From Callorhinchus milii (taxonomy: Eukaryota), in the NCBI RefSeq assembly GCF_018977255.1, contig NW_024704743.1, forward strand, positions 14,510,001 through 14,574,000: DNA of 64,000 nt, in the 5' to 3' direction. The notes under the pieces were generated by a model. The model was not told the DNA's origin. It saw nothing but the letters and a program-made list of their open reading frames with translations, and did not search any database. Both the position numbers and the translations under genes were made by a program. Positions within the stretch are counted from its first letter, which is position 1; each line of letters begins with the position of its first letter. This document shows, one piece after another, positions 12,983 through 27,080 of the stretch.

Positions 12983-13586
12983 ACAGCAACAACAATAAAA
13001 TTACATTTGTAAAGCGCTTTTCACGTCGGGAGGACATCCCAAGGCGTTGGACAGACAGAGTTATGGACCCAAGCTGGGGGCCGGGGTCAGGGAGGGTGGA
13101 GGGCAGTGGGGGGAAGCAGGGAGATCAAAAGCACAGTCGAAGAGGAGGGACTTGAGATGGATCTTGAAGGTGGCGAGGGAGGGGGGGCGAGGCAGAGGGA
13201 CTGCAGGATGGAGTTCCAGAGGGTGGGTGCAGAGTGGCGGAAGGCTCGCCCGCCAATAATGGGGCGAGCGAGGCGTGAAGCAGGCCAGAGCCCGCTGAGC
13301 GTAGGGAGTGAACAGGATGGTAGGGGATTAGGAGGTCACAGAGGTAGAGGGAAGCAAGACCGTGGAAGGCTTTGAAGGTGAGTACCAGGATCTTGAATTG
13401 TATCCTCTGTGTGATGGGGAGCCAGTGGAGTCGGGCGAGGATAGGGGTGATAGGGTCACGGAGCCTAGTGCAGGAGATGACATGGGCTGCAGAGTTCTGG
13501 ATGATCTGCAGGTTGCGGAGGGAAGAGTTGGGGAGGCCGACAAGCAGTGAGTTTGCATAGTCGAGCCTCGATGTAATGAAAGCATG
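12983..13586 (-). mobile_element. 5'-truncated L2 nested in an L2
   Basis: ORF 13125..13709 'HAFITSRLDYANSLL..LHWLP'; flanked by TGCCTCCA/TACCTCCA. Confidence 0.9.
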
Positions 13587-14684
13587 TACCTCCACCCTCG
13601 ACTCCAGGACCACTGGGGTCCTGACAGACTGTCTGTCAGACATCAAATCCTGGATGAGAGCCAATTTTCTACAGTTGAACATCAGCAAGACTGAGGCTTG
13701 CACCAGCATCTCCGCACCTCAGGCACTGGCAGCATCAGCATCCAAAGATGCACACCCCACCTCACCAAACCAGACAGGAACCTAGGTGTCTTGTTCAACC
13801 CTCAACAGTCCTTTCACCCTCATATACATGCTATTACCCGCTCTGCTTTCCCCCACCTCTGTAATATTGCCTGACTTTGCCACTGCCTCACCCCTCAGGC
13901 TGCTGAAACCTTCGTACATGCCTTCATTACATCTAGGCATGACTATGCCAACTCCTTGCTTGTCGGCCTACCCCACTCTTCCCTCCACAACCTGCAAATC
14001 ATCCAGAACTCTGCAACTCATGTCCCCTCCAGCACCAGGTTCTGTGACCCCATCACACCCAGCCTCGTCCGGCTCCACTGGCTCCCCATCCCTCCGATGA
14101 TCGAGTTCAAAATCCTCATTCTCACCTTCAAGACCCTCCATGGCCTTAACCCCTCCTACCTCTCTGACCTGCTAAACTCTTATTAACTTGTCCGCTCACT
14201 CTACTCAGCAGGATCCGGCCTGCTCCATGTCCCCCGCCTGGCCCGGCCACCATTGGCGGTTGAGCCTTCAGCCTCTCTGCCCCCACTCTATGGAACTCCA
14301 TCCCACATTCCCTTCACCTCGCTCCCTCCCTTGTCTCCTTCAAGGATTGCCTCAAGACTCTCCTCTTTGACCATGCCTTTAGCCACCTTCCGACCCTCTC
14401 TGCCCTCCACCCTACTTCATCCCAACCCCAACCCATTCGGGTCCTAATGACCCTGACTATTCAGCACCTTGAGACGTCCTCCCAATGTGAAATGCGCTTT
14501 ACAAATGTAATTTGGTTTTGTATTGTGTCCTCCCACCAGCTCCCCTTAAAGAGTGTGGATATAGATAGATTGGCTGGGGCCTCCTCCCCGAAACCTATGC
14601 TCCAGTTCTCAGTCGTTGTGTGAAGCACCTTGACATCCACAATAATCCACAACATCCTTACACTTGACCTTGGCAATTTGTTGA

Positions 14685-14950
14685 GACATCTCAAAGCACT
14701 TTACTTACTGTAAAATGTAGTGACTGTTATCCGTTGATGAACACGGGCCAATTTTGCACACAACAATGTCCACAAAGTGAGTGAAGTGAGTGACCACTTT
14801 TATCTGTGGGATTGTTGGCCAGGACAGCAGAAAAAAATCCCTGCTCTTTTCAAGTAGTGACATAGAATTTTTAACGTCCACCTGGTCAGGCAGACTGGAC
14901 CTTAGGTTTAACATCTCATCTGAAAGATGGCACCTCTGACTTTGCATCAC
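14685..14950 (-). mobile_element. Deu-domain SINE fragment
   Basis: Reverse complement of the core 'CAGATGAGATGTTAAAC..GGTGGACGTTAAAAATTCTATGTCACTA'. Confidence 0.7.
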
Positions 14951-15794
14951 ATTAAAGGTGCCATATAATTGTAAATTATTGTTGTTGTCAAGATGGATAT
15001 TTTCTGAAGCTGTCCTGGATTTTCGGTTCTAAACACATTGGAGCTCAAGACTGAGTGTCGCTTGTAAAACTCAGACATTAGTCAGTAGACAGAAGAGTTC
15101 AAAAATGAGCAGCTGCAGTCTGGAGGTTAGGAGAGGAGGTGAGAAAAGCTGAGGCAGATTCACTGGACTATCAGAGGCTTTGACTGTACTGATTGACAAA
15201 TGGTGCACTGTCATAAAAGGCAGCAAAGATCAGGAAACAAAATCAAAGCAATGAAGGAAAATAAGAAAGCTGGGAAAGAACAAAATTAGAACACAGAAAA
15301 AAAAAGAGAATATAAAAGAAAGCTGAAAGCAACAGGAAGCCCAAATGAATATAAACAAGAGTTTGAAAGACCAACTAATGTCACAGCTCCAATTCTTTAT
15401 TTACATAACAAAGATGAAAAATAGCTTCAATAATCACACCTCAGGTGTATGCAAATATTTCAAATCAAAGATCAGTCAGACAACAGCATGATGCACAATT
15501 TCGGCAGGTTGCACCCAATACATATCTAAACAAAAACAGACGGCTGCAGGAGATAGCTTCTAAAGCATTGATGAGATGAATTAATGCGGCATTCAAAACA
15601 GATAATTAATATATTCAATCTATTAAGGAATGGCAGAATTTCATTGAGCGATAATCTTTTTCTCAGCGTGAATACCCCACCCCCGACTTGATATCTTGAT
15701 ATCTAAATCCTTCTGCCATCTTGAATACCCACAGTCAAAACAAAAATACAGTTTAATCAACCTGGATGAAGCCTTAGAATGCTGCTGATAATAA

Positions 15795-16136
15795 CAGTAA
15801 TAATCATTGTATTTGATATAGCACCTTAACATGTCGTTGAGACGTTTCAAATTGCTTCACAGAATACATTGTAAAATCAATTCACTGTATATTTTGTGGA
15901 CGAAACGTGCCAGTGGTGTCCCATAAACAGTTGTGGATTGAGTGACCAAATTATTATTTATTTATTTATTTTGAAGGGATTATTACCCCTGGAACATGAT
16001 CCTCCAATCGACTAATGACCGGGTTCCTACTTACTGCTAGGTAAACAGAGGCGTGTGAGTAAGGAAATTTGCCTAAGGTTTCGCCCCGCCTGGGAATCGA
16101 TCCCTGGTTCTTGCTTTCGAGGTGAGTGCTCTAACC
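15795..16136 (-). mobile_element. tRNA-derived SINE (long variant)
   Basis: Same head and tail as 33765-34123; the head is cut by the microsatellite. Confidence 0.88.
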
Positions 16137-16228
16137 AATACAATACAATACAATACAATACAATACAATACAATACAATACAATACAATACAATACAATA
16201 CAATACAATACAATACAATACAATACAA
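16136..16228. repeat. (CAATA)18 pentanucleotide microsatellite
   Basis: Perfect tandem array read directly. Confidence 0.98.
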
Positions 16229-16277
16229 AACTCTAGCATAGGATACTGGTGGATTAAACTAGGGTCTTCTGGCTGCA

Positions 16278-16620
16278 CAACAACAACAAGATTACATTTG
16301 TATATTGCCTTTCACGTCCCAAGGCGCTGGCCAGAAGTACAGCATTTCAGACCCGAGCTGGGGTCGGGGGGGGGAAGGGAGGGGAGGAGAAGGGGGGTGG
16401 CCGATGGCATGGTCGAAGAGGAGGGTCTTGAGGCAGGACTTGAAGGAGGCTAAGGAGGGGGCGAGGTAGAGTGATTGGTGGATGGATGTTAGGGGCAGAA
16501 TGGCTGAAGGCTCTCCCGCCAATGGTGGGGCGGGTGGGTCGGGGGATGTGGAGCAGGCCGGAGCCGGCTGAGTGGAGGGAACGGGCGGGTTGGTAGGGGA
16601 TTAGGAGGTCGCAGAGATAG
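16278..16620 (-). mobile_element. L2 3' fragment
   Basis: (CAA)n tail on plus; 'PTIGGRAFSHSAP'. Confidence 0.88.
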
Positions 16621-16751
16621 TACAAATACAGTATGACTAAGCCAATGAAATCTGGTCCAACCGTTACTGAAACCATTCCATACTGAGATTCTATTGTGTC
16701 TGAATCAAATAATGCAACGTTTCTGAACTGATTCAATGTGATGATTATCAA

Positions 16752-17070
16752 TGTCAGCGTTGCTCAATTGGTAGCACTCTTGCCTCTGAGACAGAAGTTT
16801 GTGAGTTCAAACCTCATATTGAGACTTTGAACTCACAGTCTAGTCTGATACTCTACACCGCTGCACTGTGGTGTTATATCATCAGAGGTGGCATTCTTTG
16901 ATTAAAACATTAAACCGAGATCCCTTCTGCCTGTTCAGGTAGATCCACGAATGTTTGTGGGACACTGCTGTGCATAATTGGCTGCCGCGTTTCGCCCACA
17001 AAATATACAGTCAATTCACTTTACAGTGTATTCTGTGAAGCACTTTGAGACGTTATCATTAAGGTGCTTC
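16752..17070 (+). mobile_element. Deu-domain SINE 5' half joined to the shared SINE tail
   Basis: GTCAGCGTTGCTCAATTGGTAGCAC head; Deu-like core; tail TGTGGGACACTGCTGTG... Confidence 0.7.
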
Positions 17071-17136
17071 AGGAACTCCCTCCCTCCCCTTATTCAAGGC
17101 ATGTCTCATAATGACATACCTCTTTGACTGCACTTT

Positions 17137-17935
17137 CAACAACAACAACAAATTATATTTGTATGGCACCTTTCATGTCGAGATGACATCCCAAGGCGCT
17201 GGATTATAAGGGATTTGGACCCAAGCTGTGGGTTGGGATCAGGAGGGATGGAAGGCAGGGAGGATAGGGGTAAGAGGGTGGCCAAAGGCACAATCGAAAA
17301 GGAGGGTCGAGGCGTGCCTTGAAGAAAGCAAGGGAGGGAGCAAGGTGAAAAGAATGTGGGATGGAGTTCCAAAGGTTGGGATAGAGAGGTTGCAGGCCTG
17401 ACCGCCAATGGGGGAGGCGGGCTGGGTGGGAGATGTGGAGCAGGCCAGAGCAGGTATGAATAGGGCGCAGCCATTGTGTCAAGGCTTTGGGAAGGAGACA
17501 CAGGAAATGATCATTCAGAATTTATGCCATCAGAGATCAGCTTTCAATTGGTTAGAGCACTCTCCTTGCAAGCAAGAGGACCTGGATTTGATTCCCAGGC
17601 AGGACGGAACAACAACAAATTACATTTGTATCGTGTCTTTCACGCCGGGAGGACATCCCAAGGCGCTGGATTGTCAGGGATTTGGAGCCGAGTAAGGGAT
17701 TGGGATCAGGAGGATCAGGATAGAGGGCAGGTTTGGTAACGGTAGGAGGGTGACCGAAGGCAAAGTTGAAGAGGAGAGTCCTGAGAATGTCCTTGAAGGA
17801 GGCGAGGTTTCGGTCATCTTCACCCCCTTGGCTGCCACCCTCAGATCAGTTGCCCATCCAACATTGCTAAGCATTTTGAGAATTTCTCCAGATGTGAAAG
17901 GTGCTACATAAATGTAAATTGTATTGTATATTATT
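17137..17935. mobile_element. Cluster of L2 3' fragments and a SINE head
   Basis: L2 tails at 17137 and 17608 (minus) and ~17870-17930 (plus); SINE head at ~17545-17607. Confidence 0.8.
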
Positions 17936-20472
17936 TTTGACCTCTGAAACTTGATTTTGAATACAGCCCAGGCTAATGGGATACAAGTTTTCTGTCTATC
18001 ATTATAAAATTGAATTGCTTTAATACAGTTTTTACTAAATCACATAACCTCTCGTATTTTGATACTATGTAGAACTTCAATGCCAAGCTCACACAGAGCA
18101 GCCAAAAGGTAGTGTGGTAAATGCAAATGTGACAATAGGAGGATTTTCTGAAGTTGGAGTAAAGACATCTTGTTGGGTTGCAGTAGAAGGGAGCTATTTT
18201 GCTGTGTAGCTGCATTTTCCTATTCCTGAGTTGCGAGTGTTTGTTTGATACTGACATTGTGTGCCCCGAAATAAGAGTTGCTTCATTTCCCAGCATTAAC
18301 ATCATTCACTTTGATGAGCTTAAAGCAAACCACCCAAAAAGTTGGCTAAAAATATACTGGGATCATTTTTTGCCCACCAAAACATACAACCACTGCACTT
18401 TACAAATATATCCTGTGAAGCACTTTGGAACGTCCTGCTGACATGGACGAGGCTGTACCAAATGTAAGGATTATTATTATTAATTATTAATAGAGTATTG
18501 TAGGGGATATATTTTTTAAAGACTTTTTTAAAGACAATATGTGAAATTATTGAATTTCTCAAAACTCAAATGCAGTAAAACATTTGATATTTTAGAAATT
18601 TGTTAATTATCCATTTTTAAGAGATGCCACAAATTCAACCTTTTTTTTATAATATTCATAAACCACTTGAGCAAAGACAAAAAAATACGCGTTTTTTACT
18701 CAGCTATCGCTCTTTTGCATACCTTATACAACCACAGGAGGAGGATTACTTTGCTATGCTCTACTCAATCTCCACAACTACTTAGGGCTGAGCTCCAAAT
18801 ACAGTATCCTTTAAAACTGTGTGACAAACCTCATTTACATTCCAAGTTCCCTGTCATTCTCCTCTCCCCTCGTCCTCTTGCCAGTTTTCATTTAATATTA
18901 CATTAGAGTCTCATTGCAAAATGGATGGAAAGAAAGTGCAGTTTGCAACCTCCGTTTTGGATTTGTAACTTGCGATAATTTATAAAACCCCTGGTGTGAT
19001 TTCTGAAGCAGACAAAGTGTGAATAAAGACTTGGCAGCCAGCTTTGCTCTCCACAATTTGAAAATCGCAATGGGCCATTTTTCAAACATTTCAAATGAAC
19101 TGAAAGTTGCAATTAGCACTTGCAATGCATTTTGCAAAGAACTTGGAGGTAAATTAAATCCCATTGTCTTTCATACTGAGGTCTAAAGGGAAAAATGGAT
19201 CAAAATATACTGAATATGAATTGTAGTTCATTCAACAGCAGAATCTGCACAGTCTTGTGCTTTTACAATAATGAGTTACTCAAGTCTCCCTCAGTGATAA
19301 TCCAGGGGATTTTGATCAAGTGATCTTTAATTCACAACTGTTCTGCTGAGTTTCTCCACATGCAACTTTTTATTCTTGCATAGATTATGTAAATTTTCAT
19401 TTCAAAGTATAGCCTATTATCTCGAGCATGTTCACACTTCAGTTGAATTCTCAATTGAAACTTGCTTTTGTGGCTTTCTGAATTTCTTTGCTCACCAACA
19501 ATACTCACTCATAAATCTCATGTTTACCCACTGTGTATATAACACCGATAAAGCAGCTTAATAACATGTATTTATAAACTCTGAGGGAGTTTCATCCTAA
19601 GTCCCGCACCCTACATTATGCAGTTTGTCAAATGACTTTTACATGTTGGACTTTTGGTGCACACAATAATTTTTCACTTAGAAAACACATATTGGGGTCT
19701 GATAATCACAATGGGGAAACTTGCACTAGTGCAAAGCAATGGGTCTAATGGCCTCATTTTGTGCTATTTCTGAACACATTCCATTTCTTTTTTTAAGTAA
19801 TCAAACACCTTGGGATATCCTCCGATGTGAAAGATGCTATATAAATGTAATTTGTTGTTGTTGTCGTAAGGAGTTGCATGAAAATATGTTTTGAAATCCT
19901 CCCCAATTTCTGAAATATAATAGTGTCTGAAGCCGTTTCTGACCCCTGTAACCAGGAGACTATTCGGTAAGTGCTCAGCAAAATACCTGCTTGTAGCCAT
20001 TGGAACCGTATACATTTTTGCTGCTAGAGTAATTTTAACTCAATTCTCAAAATGTCTTTGGAAATTCCATGTAGGAGGAGGAATTAAAGGCAGGAAATAT
20101 TTGGTCAGCAGTCACAATGACCTCTGCCTCTTCCTCCTCCTCTATCCACACACAATCTATTTGAGTTCACACCAATATGGGATAGAAAAGCCCTCAAAAC
20201 CCACCTAGAGAGGATAATTTTCACTAACTTAGAATTTTACAGTCATCACTGCTAGAATGGATAATAATAATACTAATCCTTGCATTTGAAGTGTAGTTCG
20301 TCTACAAAATACACAGTCATTAACTACACTTTGCAGTAAATCCTGTAAAACACTGAAATGTGCTCCTGATGTGAAATGTACTATAGGAAATGTAAGGATT
20401 ATTATTATTACATAATTTTAACCCTCTCCTCTCCCCATTTAATCACTACCTTCTGAGAAATTGGGATAAACA

Positions 20473-21028
20473 TCCTGCTTGGGTCGGCCTTCCCAACTCT
20501 TCCCACCATAGGCTGCAGATCATCCAGAACTTTGCAGCACGTGTCCTCTCCCGTACAAAAGCTATCAGACCCTATCAGCCCATCCTCGCCCGACTCCACT
20601 GGCTTCCCAACACACAGGGGATACAGTTCAAGATCCTGATCCTCACCTTCAAAGCCCTCCATGGCCTTGCTCTCACCCTACCTCTGCGACGTCTTAACCC
20701 CTACCAACCTGCCTGCTCCTTAGGCTCAGCAGGCTCCGGCCTGCTTCACATCCCCCACCTCACCTCCCACCATCTTTGGAGGGTGGGCCTTCTGTCACTC
20801 TGGCCCCACCCTCTGGAACGACATCCCGCAGTCCCTCTGCCTCGGCCCCTCCCTTGCCCCCTTCAAGATCTGTCTTAAGACCGTGCCTTCAGTCACCCTC
20901 CTTCTCCCCCTGCCCTTCACCCTCCTCTATCCCGACCCCCATCTCAGGTCCGAAACACTGATTATCCAGGCCTTGGGACGTTCTCCCAACGTGAAAGGCA
21001 CTACACAAATATAATTTTGTTGTTGTTA
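20473..21028 (+). mobile_element. L2 3' fragment
   Basis: Homologous to 7975-8541; (TTG)n tail. Confidence 0.88.
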
Positions 21029-22517
21029 ATAGTTCAGGATAAACTCTACTGACTTCAGATGAACTGTCTGGTATTACCATTTGGAGCAACAAGGTCAACC
21101 TACCAGGTTTCAATGTTAGCATTAGTGCTGGCTTGCTGGAGGTGTGGATGCCATTAATGCAGAGTATGTATCAGTGGTGAACTGAAGAAAGTCGGGCATT
21201 TTCTTTGAGGCAGTAGTAATGCCCAATAACACAAATCTGAGATTCCTCTGACAGTCACCTGCTCCTGTTTGTTGGGAGACTAACTGATGTGTGCTTTTGT
21301 CAGGGTCGATTAGATTGGATATGGCCACAGTCAGAACTAATTCAGAGGTAAATGCTTTGATCAAAGCTACCAGGCAACAAAGTAGCCATGAAGGAAAAAA
21401 AGAAAATTCTTGGGAAGCTTCCAACAAATTCAGTTTCTTAGCAAATTATCACATCAAAACATAAAAGCGTTCACTCTACAGCAATAACTTTTGTTGTATT
21501 TATATAGCGACATTCAGGCAGAATAGGGTCTTGGAGTGCTGAAACAACAAAAAATTTGCCTTTCTCCCTCCACCCTTATTATTAAGCGCTCTAATTACTG
21601 TTAGCTGTAGTGACTGTTTTGTTGGCAAATACCCCACGGATTTTGTACAAGTAAACAGCTATGATGTTAATGACCAACTATTGTGGATGAATGCTGGCTG
21701 TGAGACTGAGAGAAATTCCTTACTCTTCTAATAGTGTCACAGGACGTATTTAGATATACCTAAACAGGTTGACAATATTTTAGCTTGATGTCTCACTCAT
21801 AAAATGGCACTCCAGATACCGCACTGCTTTAGTGTCGATCTAGAGCTTGTTCAAGTTTAATGCTGGATTGAAATCCACCACTTTGTGACACTTTTGTCTT
21901 CATAAAGGTAGTGGAGGTCACTGCAACCCTGCTGCCGCAATAGAGCTCCACCCCCAATCGATTCTTCCAAACTTTGAAAGTAGTCTTTGCGTTGTATGGT
22001 TGTTCATGCAACTTTGCAACACAAAATGCATGCATTTTGCACTATATGTGACTGACGGATGACATGTTTGTATTGTTTTGCCCACTAAATGTACAGTCAA
22101 TTCACTTTACAGTAGATTCTGTGAAGCACTTTGAGACGTCTCGAAGACGTGATAAGGCTCTATATCAAATGCAAGGTTTGTTATTATTATTGTTGTTGTG
22201 ATGGAGAAATTCAAAATTGTACTCACAAGATTTGTGAATTGCAATATAATTTACATTTGCATTGCCTTTCACATCAGGAGGATTTCAAAAGAGCTTCACA
22301 CAGCTGGCTAGACACCCGACCAGGATGTGGAGGGGAAGATGATTGAGGCAGGTTTTGATAAAGGAAAATTTAAAAAGGGATAGTGGAAATTGTGGGATTT
22401 TCACTTGGTGCTCATTTGGATGCCACTTTAGTTCAGAATATCTTGTATATTAGACTAGAAAATGCAGAAAATGAAAATACAGTATTGCAATAGTTGATTG
22501 TGATTCTAAATAGGAAT

Positions 22518-24085
22518 ACAACAACAATAACAAAATTACATTTGTATAGTGCCTTTCACATCGGGAGGATGTCCCAAGGCACTGGACTCAGTGTTTCGGA
22601 CCCAAGCTGGGGTTGCGATTGGGGAGGGTAGAGGGCAGGGGGATGGAAGCAGGGTCAAACAGGAGGGTCTTGAGTCTTGAAGGAGTCAAAGGAAGGGGCG
22701 AGGCAGAGGGACTGCTGGATGGAGTTCCAGAGGATGGGGGCAGAGTGGCAGAAGGCCTGCCCGCCAATGGCGGGGCGGGTGAGGCGGGGTCGTGAAGCTT
22801 GCTGAGTGGAGGGAGCGGGCAGGATGGTAAGGGGTTAGGAAGTCACAGAGGTAGGGGGGAGCAAGACCTTGGATAGCTTTGAAGGTGAGAACCATGATCT
22901 TGAACTGTATCCTCTGTGTGATGGGAAGCCAGTGGAGTCGGGCAAGGATGGGGGTGATTGGGTCACGGAGTCTGCTGCAGGAGAGGACAAGGGTTGCAGA
23001 GTTCTGAATGATCTGCATCCTACAGAGGGAGGAGTTGGGGAGGCCGACAAGCAGTGAGTTTGCATAGTCAAGCCTCGATGTAATGAATGCGTGTATGAGA
23101 GTTTCATCGGCCTGAGGTGTTAGACAGTGGCGGAGCCGGGCGATGTTGTGGAGGTGGGGGAAGGCAGAGCGGGTCATGGCACGGATGTGGGATAGAAAGT
23201 ATAGTTGAGGGTCAATCAAGACCCATGGGACCGGACTGGCTTAGTAAGGTGGAGTGTGCCTCCATGGATGGTGATGCCGTCAACGCCTGAGGTGTGGAGG
23301 CGCTGATGGAAGCCAATTAGGAGAGCCTCGGTCTTGTTGACATTCAACTGAAGAAAGTTAGCTCTCATTCAGAATGACTAACAGACATTCTGTCAGGACA
23401 GCAGTGGTGCTGGCGTCAAGGGTGGAGGCAGAGAGGTAGAGTTGGGTGTCATCCGCATACATGTGGAAGTTGATCCCAAGTCTGTGGGATAGTGTCACTG
23501 AGAGGGAGCATATAGATGTTGAAGAGAAGGGGACCAAGGACAGAGTCCTGAGGAATGCTGCCCGAGATGGTGTGGGGGCTAGAGGAGAAGCTGTCTGTGG
23601 AAATGAAATGGGGTGGTGTGAGAGGTACGATCTGAACCATTCGAGGATAGAACGTGAAGGCTGAGATAGAACGTGAAGGCTGAGATGAAAGGAGAGGTGG
23701 TGGATGAGAGGTGGTGGATGACTCTATAGTGGTCAATGGTGTCGAAGGCAGCAGAAAGGTCAAGGAAGACGAGGAGGCACAGGGAGCCCTGGTCACAGAT
23801 GGACAGAATGTCATTTGTCACTTTGGCTGTATCTGTACTGTGGGCGACACAGAAGCCCGATTGGAGGGGTTCATGAAAAGAGTGGCGGCAGAGGAAAGAG
23901 CAAAGCTGGGAAGCAATAATTTGTTCCAGGACCTTGGAGAGAAAAGGGAGGTTGGAGATGGTGTAGCAGTTTGAGAGCAGGAATGGGTCCAGGGAGTTTT
24001 TTTTTAAAGATAGGAGTGATGACGGCTGTTTTTAAAGAGGTGGGAATGGTACCAGTGGACAGGAAAAGGTTTATGATGTCTGAAT
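22518..24085 (-). mobile_element. Decayed L2 LINE
   Basis: ORFs 22686..23219 and 23579..23821 (LDLSAAFDTIDH); tail at 22518. Confidence 0.92.
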
Positions 24086-25799
24086 AATAATCAATAATAA
24101 TAATCCTTACATTTGATATAGCTAGTTTCACAGAAGGAAGATGTTCTACAGCAGTTCAAAGAATATAATGTAAAGTAGAATGAACATGACTTTATGGCTG
24201 AACACCCACAGTTCTCCTTGAAGTTATCAATGTTCAACTTGAAGCCTTTTGACATCCTCCCGATGTGAAATAAATGCAATTAGTTGTTGTTATTGAAGGA
24301 GCTTGGCACCACCTGAGATAAAAGGACTGGCACACAAGGGGACAAGAGTGGTTATGGAACAGAGTTTGTATCTGGTTTGGAAAATAGTCATTAGACCTAT
24401 AAATAGATTGCAATAATTAAGAGAATAAGCAAGCTGAACTTAGAAAAAAAATAACGGGGAATGTCTCTGGTTTAGTTTACAATAACAATCTAGGTTGAGA
24501 TAAAGTTGATCTTTGGGATCTGAAGCACTATATTCAAAAGAGAGAAATGTAGAAATATATCTGTCGATAAAACAAACGTAATTTTATTTTGAATAAATTG
24601 AGTCAGACACCATTTTGGAATTTTAAGTATTCAGACAACACTGTTTATTGAAGCTGTACAAATGACTCCATAAGTCATATTATACAATGTTCTGATCACT
24701 TGCCTTTGCTTTCCAAATAAAAAAGCTCATTATAAAAAAAACTAAAATGAATAAAATACATTCCACTAGCCATCTAAAATACATTGCTCGGTGATAGGAT
24801 TACTTAAACTTTCATCACCAAATAAAATTAATAACTAGATTACAGAAACCTTCAAACTTATTGATATATTATGCCACAGTGAAACCTGTGTTCAACATCC
24901 AAGGGAACATCCAAGAATTTCAGCACCATAAACTCTTGAGAATGATGGGTCTCAGACAATGTTAGGTAGGGATCTCAGGTGAGATGTTAAGAATAGTCTG
25001 CAATTGCCAAATAAATATGTGGTGGATATGCTACAACAGCCTGATGCTTATTTTCTCAATACTATTTGTTGGATCTAAGGCCTGGAGTGTGACTGTTTTA
25101 AGGTAAGAAGTATAAGGCCACAGGATGACATAGGCAAGATTCAGAACTCAGAGTAGTGTTAAGAGACACACAAAATGCCCAAACTTCCAGATTCCTTTCA
25201 TGAGCGCTCTATGACAAGAAAGATGCCTGTTTAAATTTACCACCTACAAGGCTGCATTGTTGCTAATTGAATCTCAATAGAGCTAGGTTTGAAGTTTTGA
25301 AGTCAGATTATCACATACCAAAAGTAATGGCTGTAAAGTAATTATCCAAACACCATAAAGCTAACACTGTGTGTTATATATATTTACAGTGAAAGATTAT
25401 CTGGATGCCAACATCGTATATATCACTGAAGATAGAGGCAAGCAACAAAACAATATTGCTCTCAAGACATCCATGGAAAGTCATGAGAGTAACTTGCAAT
25501 AGGGAGGCTCAAAATACTCGTCAATAATGAGTGCATAAGAATAAATTGTATTTAAATTGAAGCACTCAAGTGTTTTATTCCAAAGACCCATCAGAATCTG
25601 AAGTCACAAATAAATATCCAATGGATCTTGAGGAACGCAAGCTCAAAGAGTGATTCACAGATTAATAGTACATCTCAACAGGCGTGTTAGAAACCAAGTT
25701 TTTATGCACTAGAAATGTACTTCTTTACCACGGTGTTGGGGAATCCTGGCAAAGGATTGAATCTGAGGCACTTGTTAGTGGATACATTTGATCCGTTGC

Positions 25800-27080
25800 A
25801 TTATAATTTGCAATGTACCCTGCAGGCTAACCTTTACTGACCAAGCATCCATTTGCTTGAATTTCTATCCAAACATTCTAATTATTTCGTCCTACAAACT
25901 TTTTGTATTTATTCTGCATTTGGAATAGCACATAGAAACCTACAAAAGGTGAAAGGCAAACGTTTCCTCACCATTTGCATATTTGTACATTAAGTGCCAC
26001 TTTACATAAAATTACATAGAGTGACAAGCACCAAAATAGGACATTCATCTAACTGGATGATACCAGTTGGATGAATTACATGTGGACAAATTATATATGG
26101 ACCATACTGTTCCACATGTGCCTCGAGCCCTCCAAATCCCTATCCCCTCCCATTCCCTATATTTCCTATTCTCTCATGTATACAAATGCGTACACAGAGT
26201 ATGCACAAGGAAATATAGGTGCTATTAATTTTGTAACAACCAATAAACAGGAATGAATTCATTATGAAATTGGCAATCCTTTTCATTGGATAATTACACA
26301 ATTGAAGACACCAGCAATTCTCTCTTTCCACATGGTTTGTTCGTGGTGCATAATAGATCCCTATGTCCACATTGAATCTATAATAGATCATAGTAAAATG
26401 TCACACAACTTTGAAGTTTGCTAAGATTATTTACCAACGGATATCTTACATTAATCTTAAGGTCTCTGTTGCACAACATGGAAGACTTGTCCATCAACAA
26501 ATGTGCATTGGTCACATTTGTTGATGGACAAGTTCTTTGCCACTGTGCCTGATATAAAGCGATCTTCATTGGATGTAACTTGCTGTAAAATGATCTTTTA
26601 TTATAGGAGTTGAAGGAATTGCAAGGCTAAATATAGCAAAAAGACGCTCATCAAATGATAATTGAGCTGTGTCCTGGTACTGCAAGTAAAACAATTAGAT
26701 CCCAGTAAACCCAATGTGTGGTAAACCACAAGATGGTTGGGAGAGGAAAACCTACAATCCCAGAGATGTACTTTGAGGCACTTGTCTCAAGCTTTGATCA
26801 GACCACACAGCAGACTTTGCAGAGATAGCTACATGTTTAAGATGGAGGCAATGTGGGCACTGGATTTTTGGAGTGAGATTTGCATAGGACAAGATAATGT
26901 GTCAGGCCAACTTATACAACATAGTCCTCATTCTAATAGTAGAGTTATGGAGTGTGCATTAAGAAATATGTTATACAGAAGTCATTGACACCGATGATTT
27001 CAATGTTGGTCCATGACAAATTTGTGAAACAAAATATTTAACTGTTCTGGATGTAGAGAAAAGTTCCTACTCCTTACATA
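25800..27080 (+). mobile_element. Very old CR1-like LINE remnant
   Basis: Degenerate CR1-type segments (e.g. GGTCCATGACAAATTTGTGAAAC, ACTGTTCTGGATGTAG); boundaries uncertain. Confidence 0.4.

Larger units (their letters stand above)
11940..14525 (+). mobile_element. Decayed L2 LINE interrupted by a SINE (12372-12655) and an antisense L2 (12983-13586)
   Basis: Collinear RT motifs (PQGSVLGP, YADDT, FLQLN, LHWLP) continue across both insertions; L2 tail at ~14460-14525. Confidence 0.88.

Noticed and set aside
16027..16453. ORFs with YCIVL/QYNTI repeats
   Set aside because: Translation of the (CAATA)n microsatellite plus SINE and L2 sequence.
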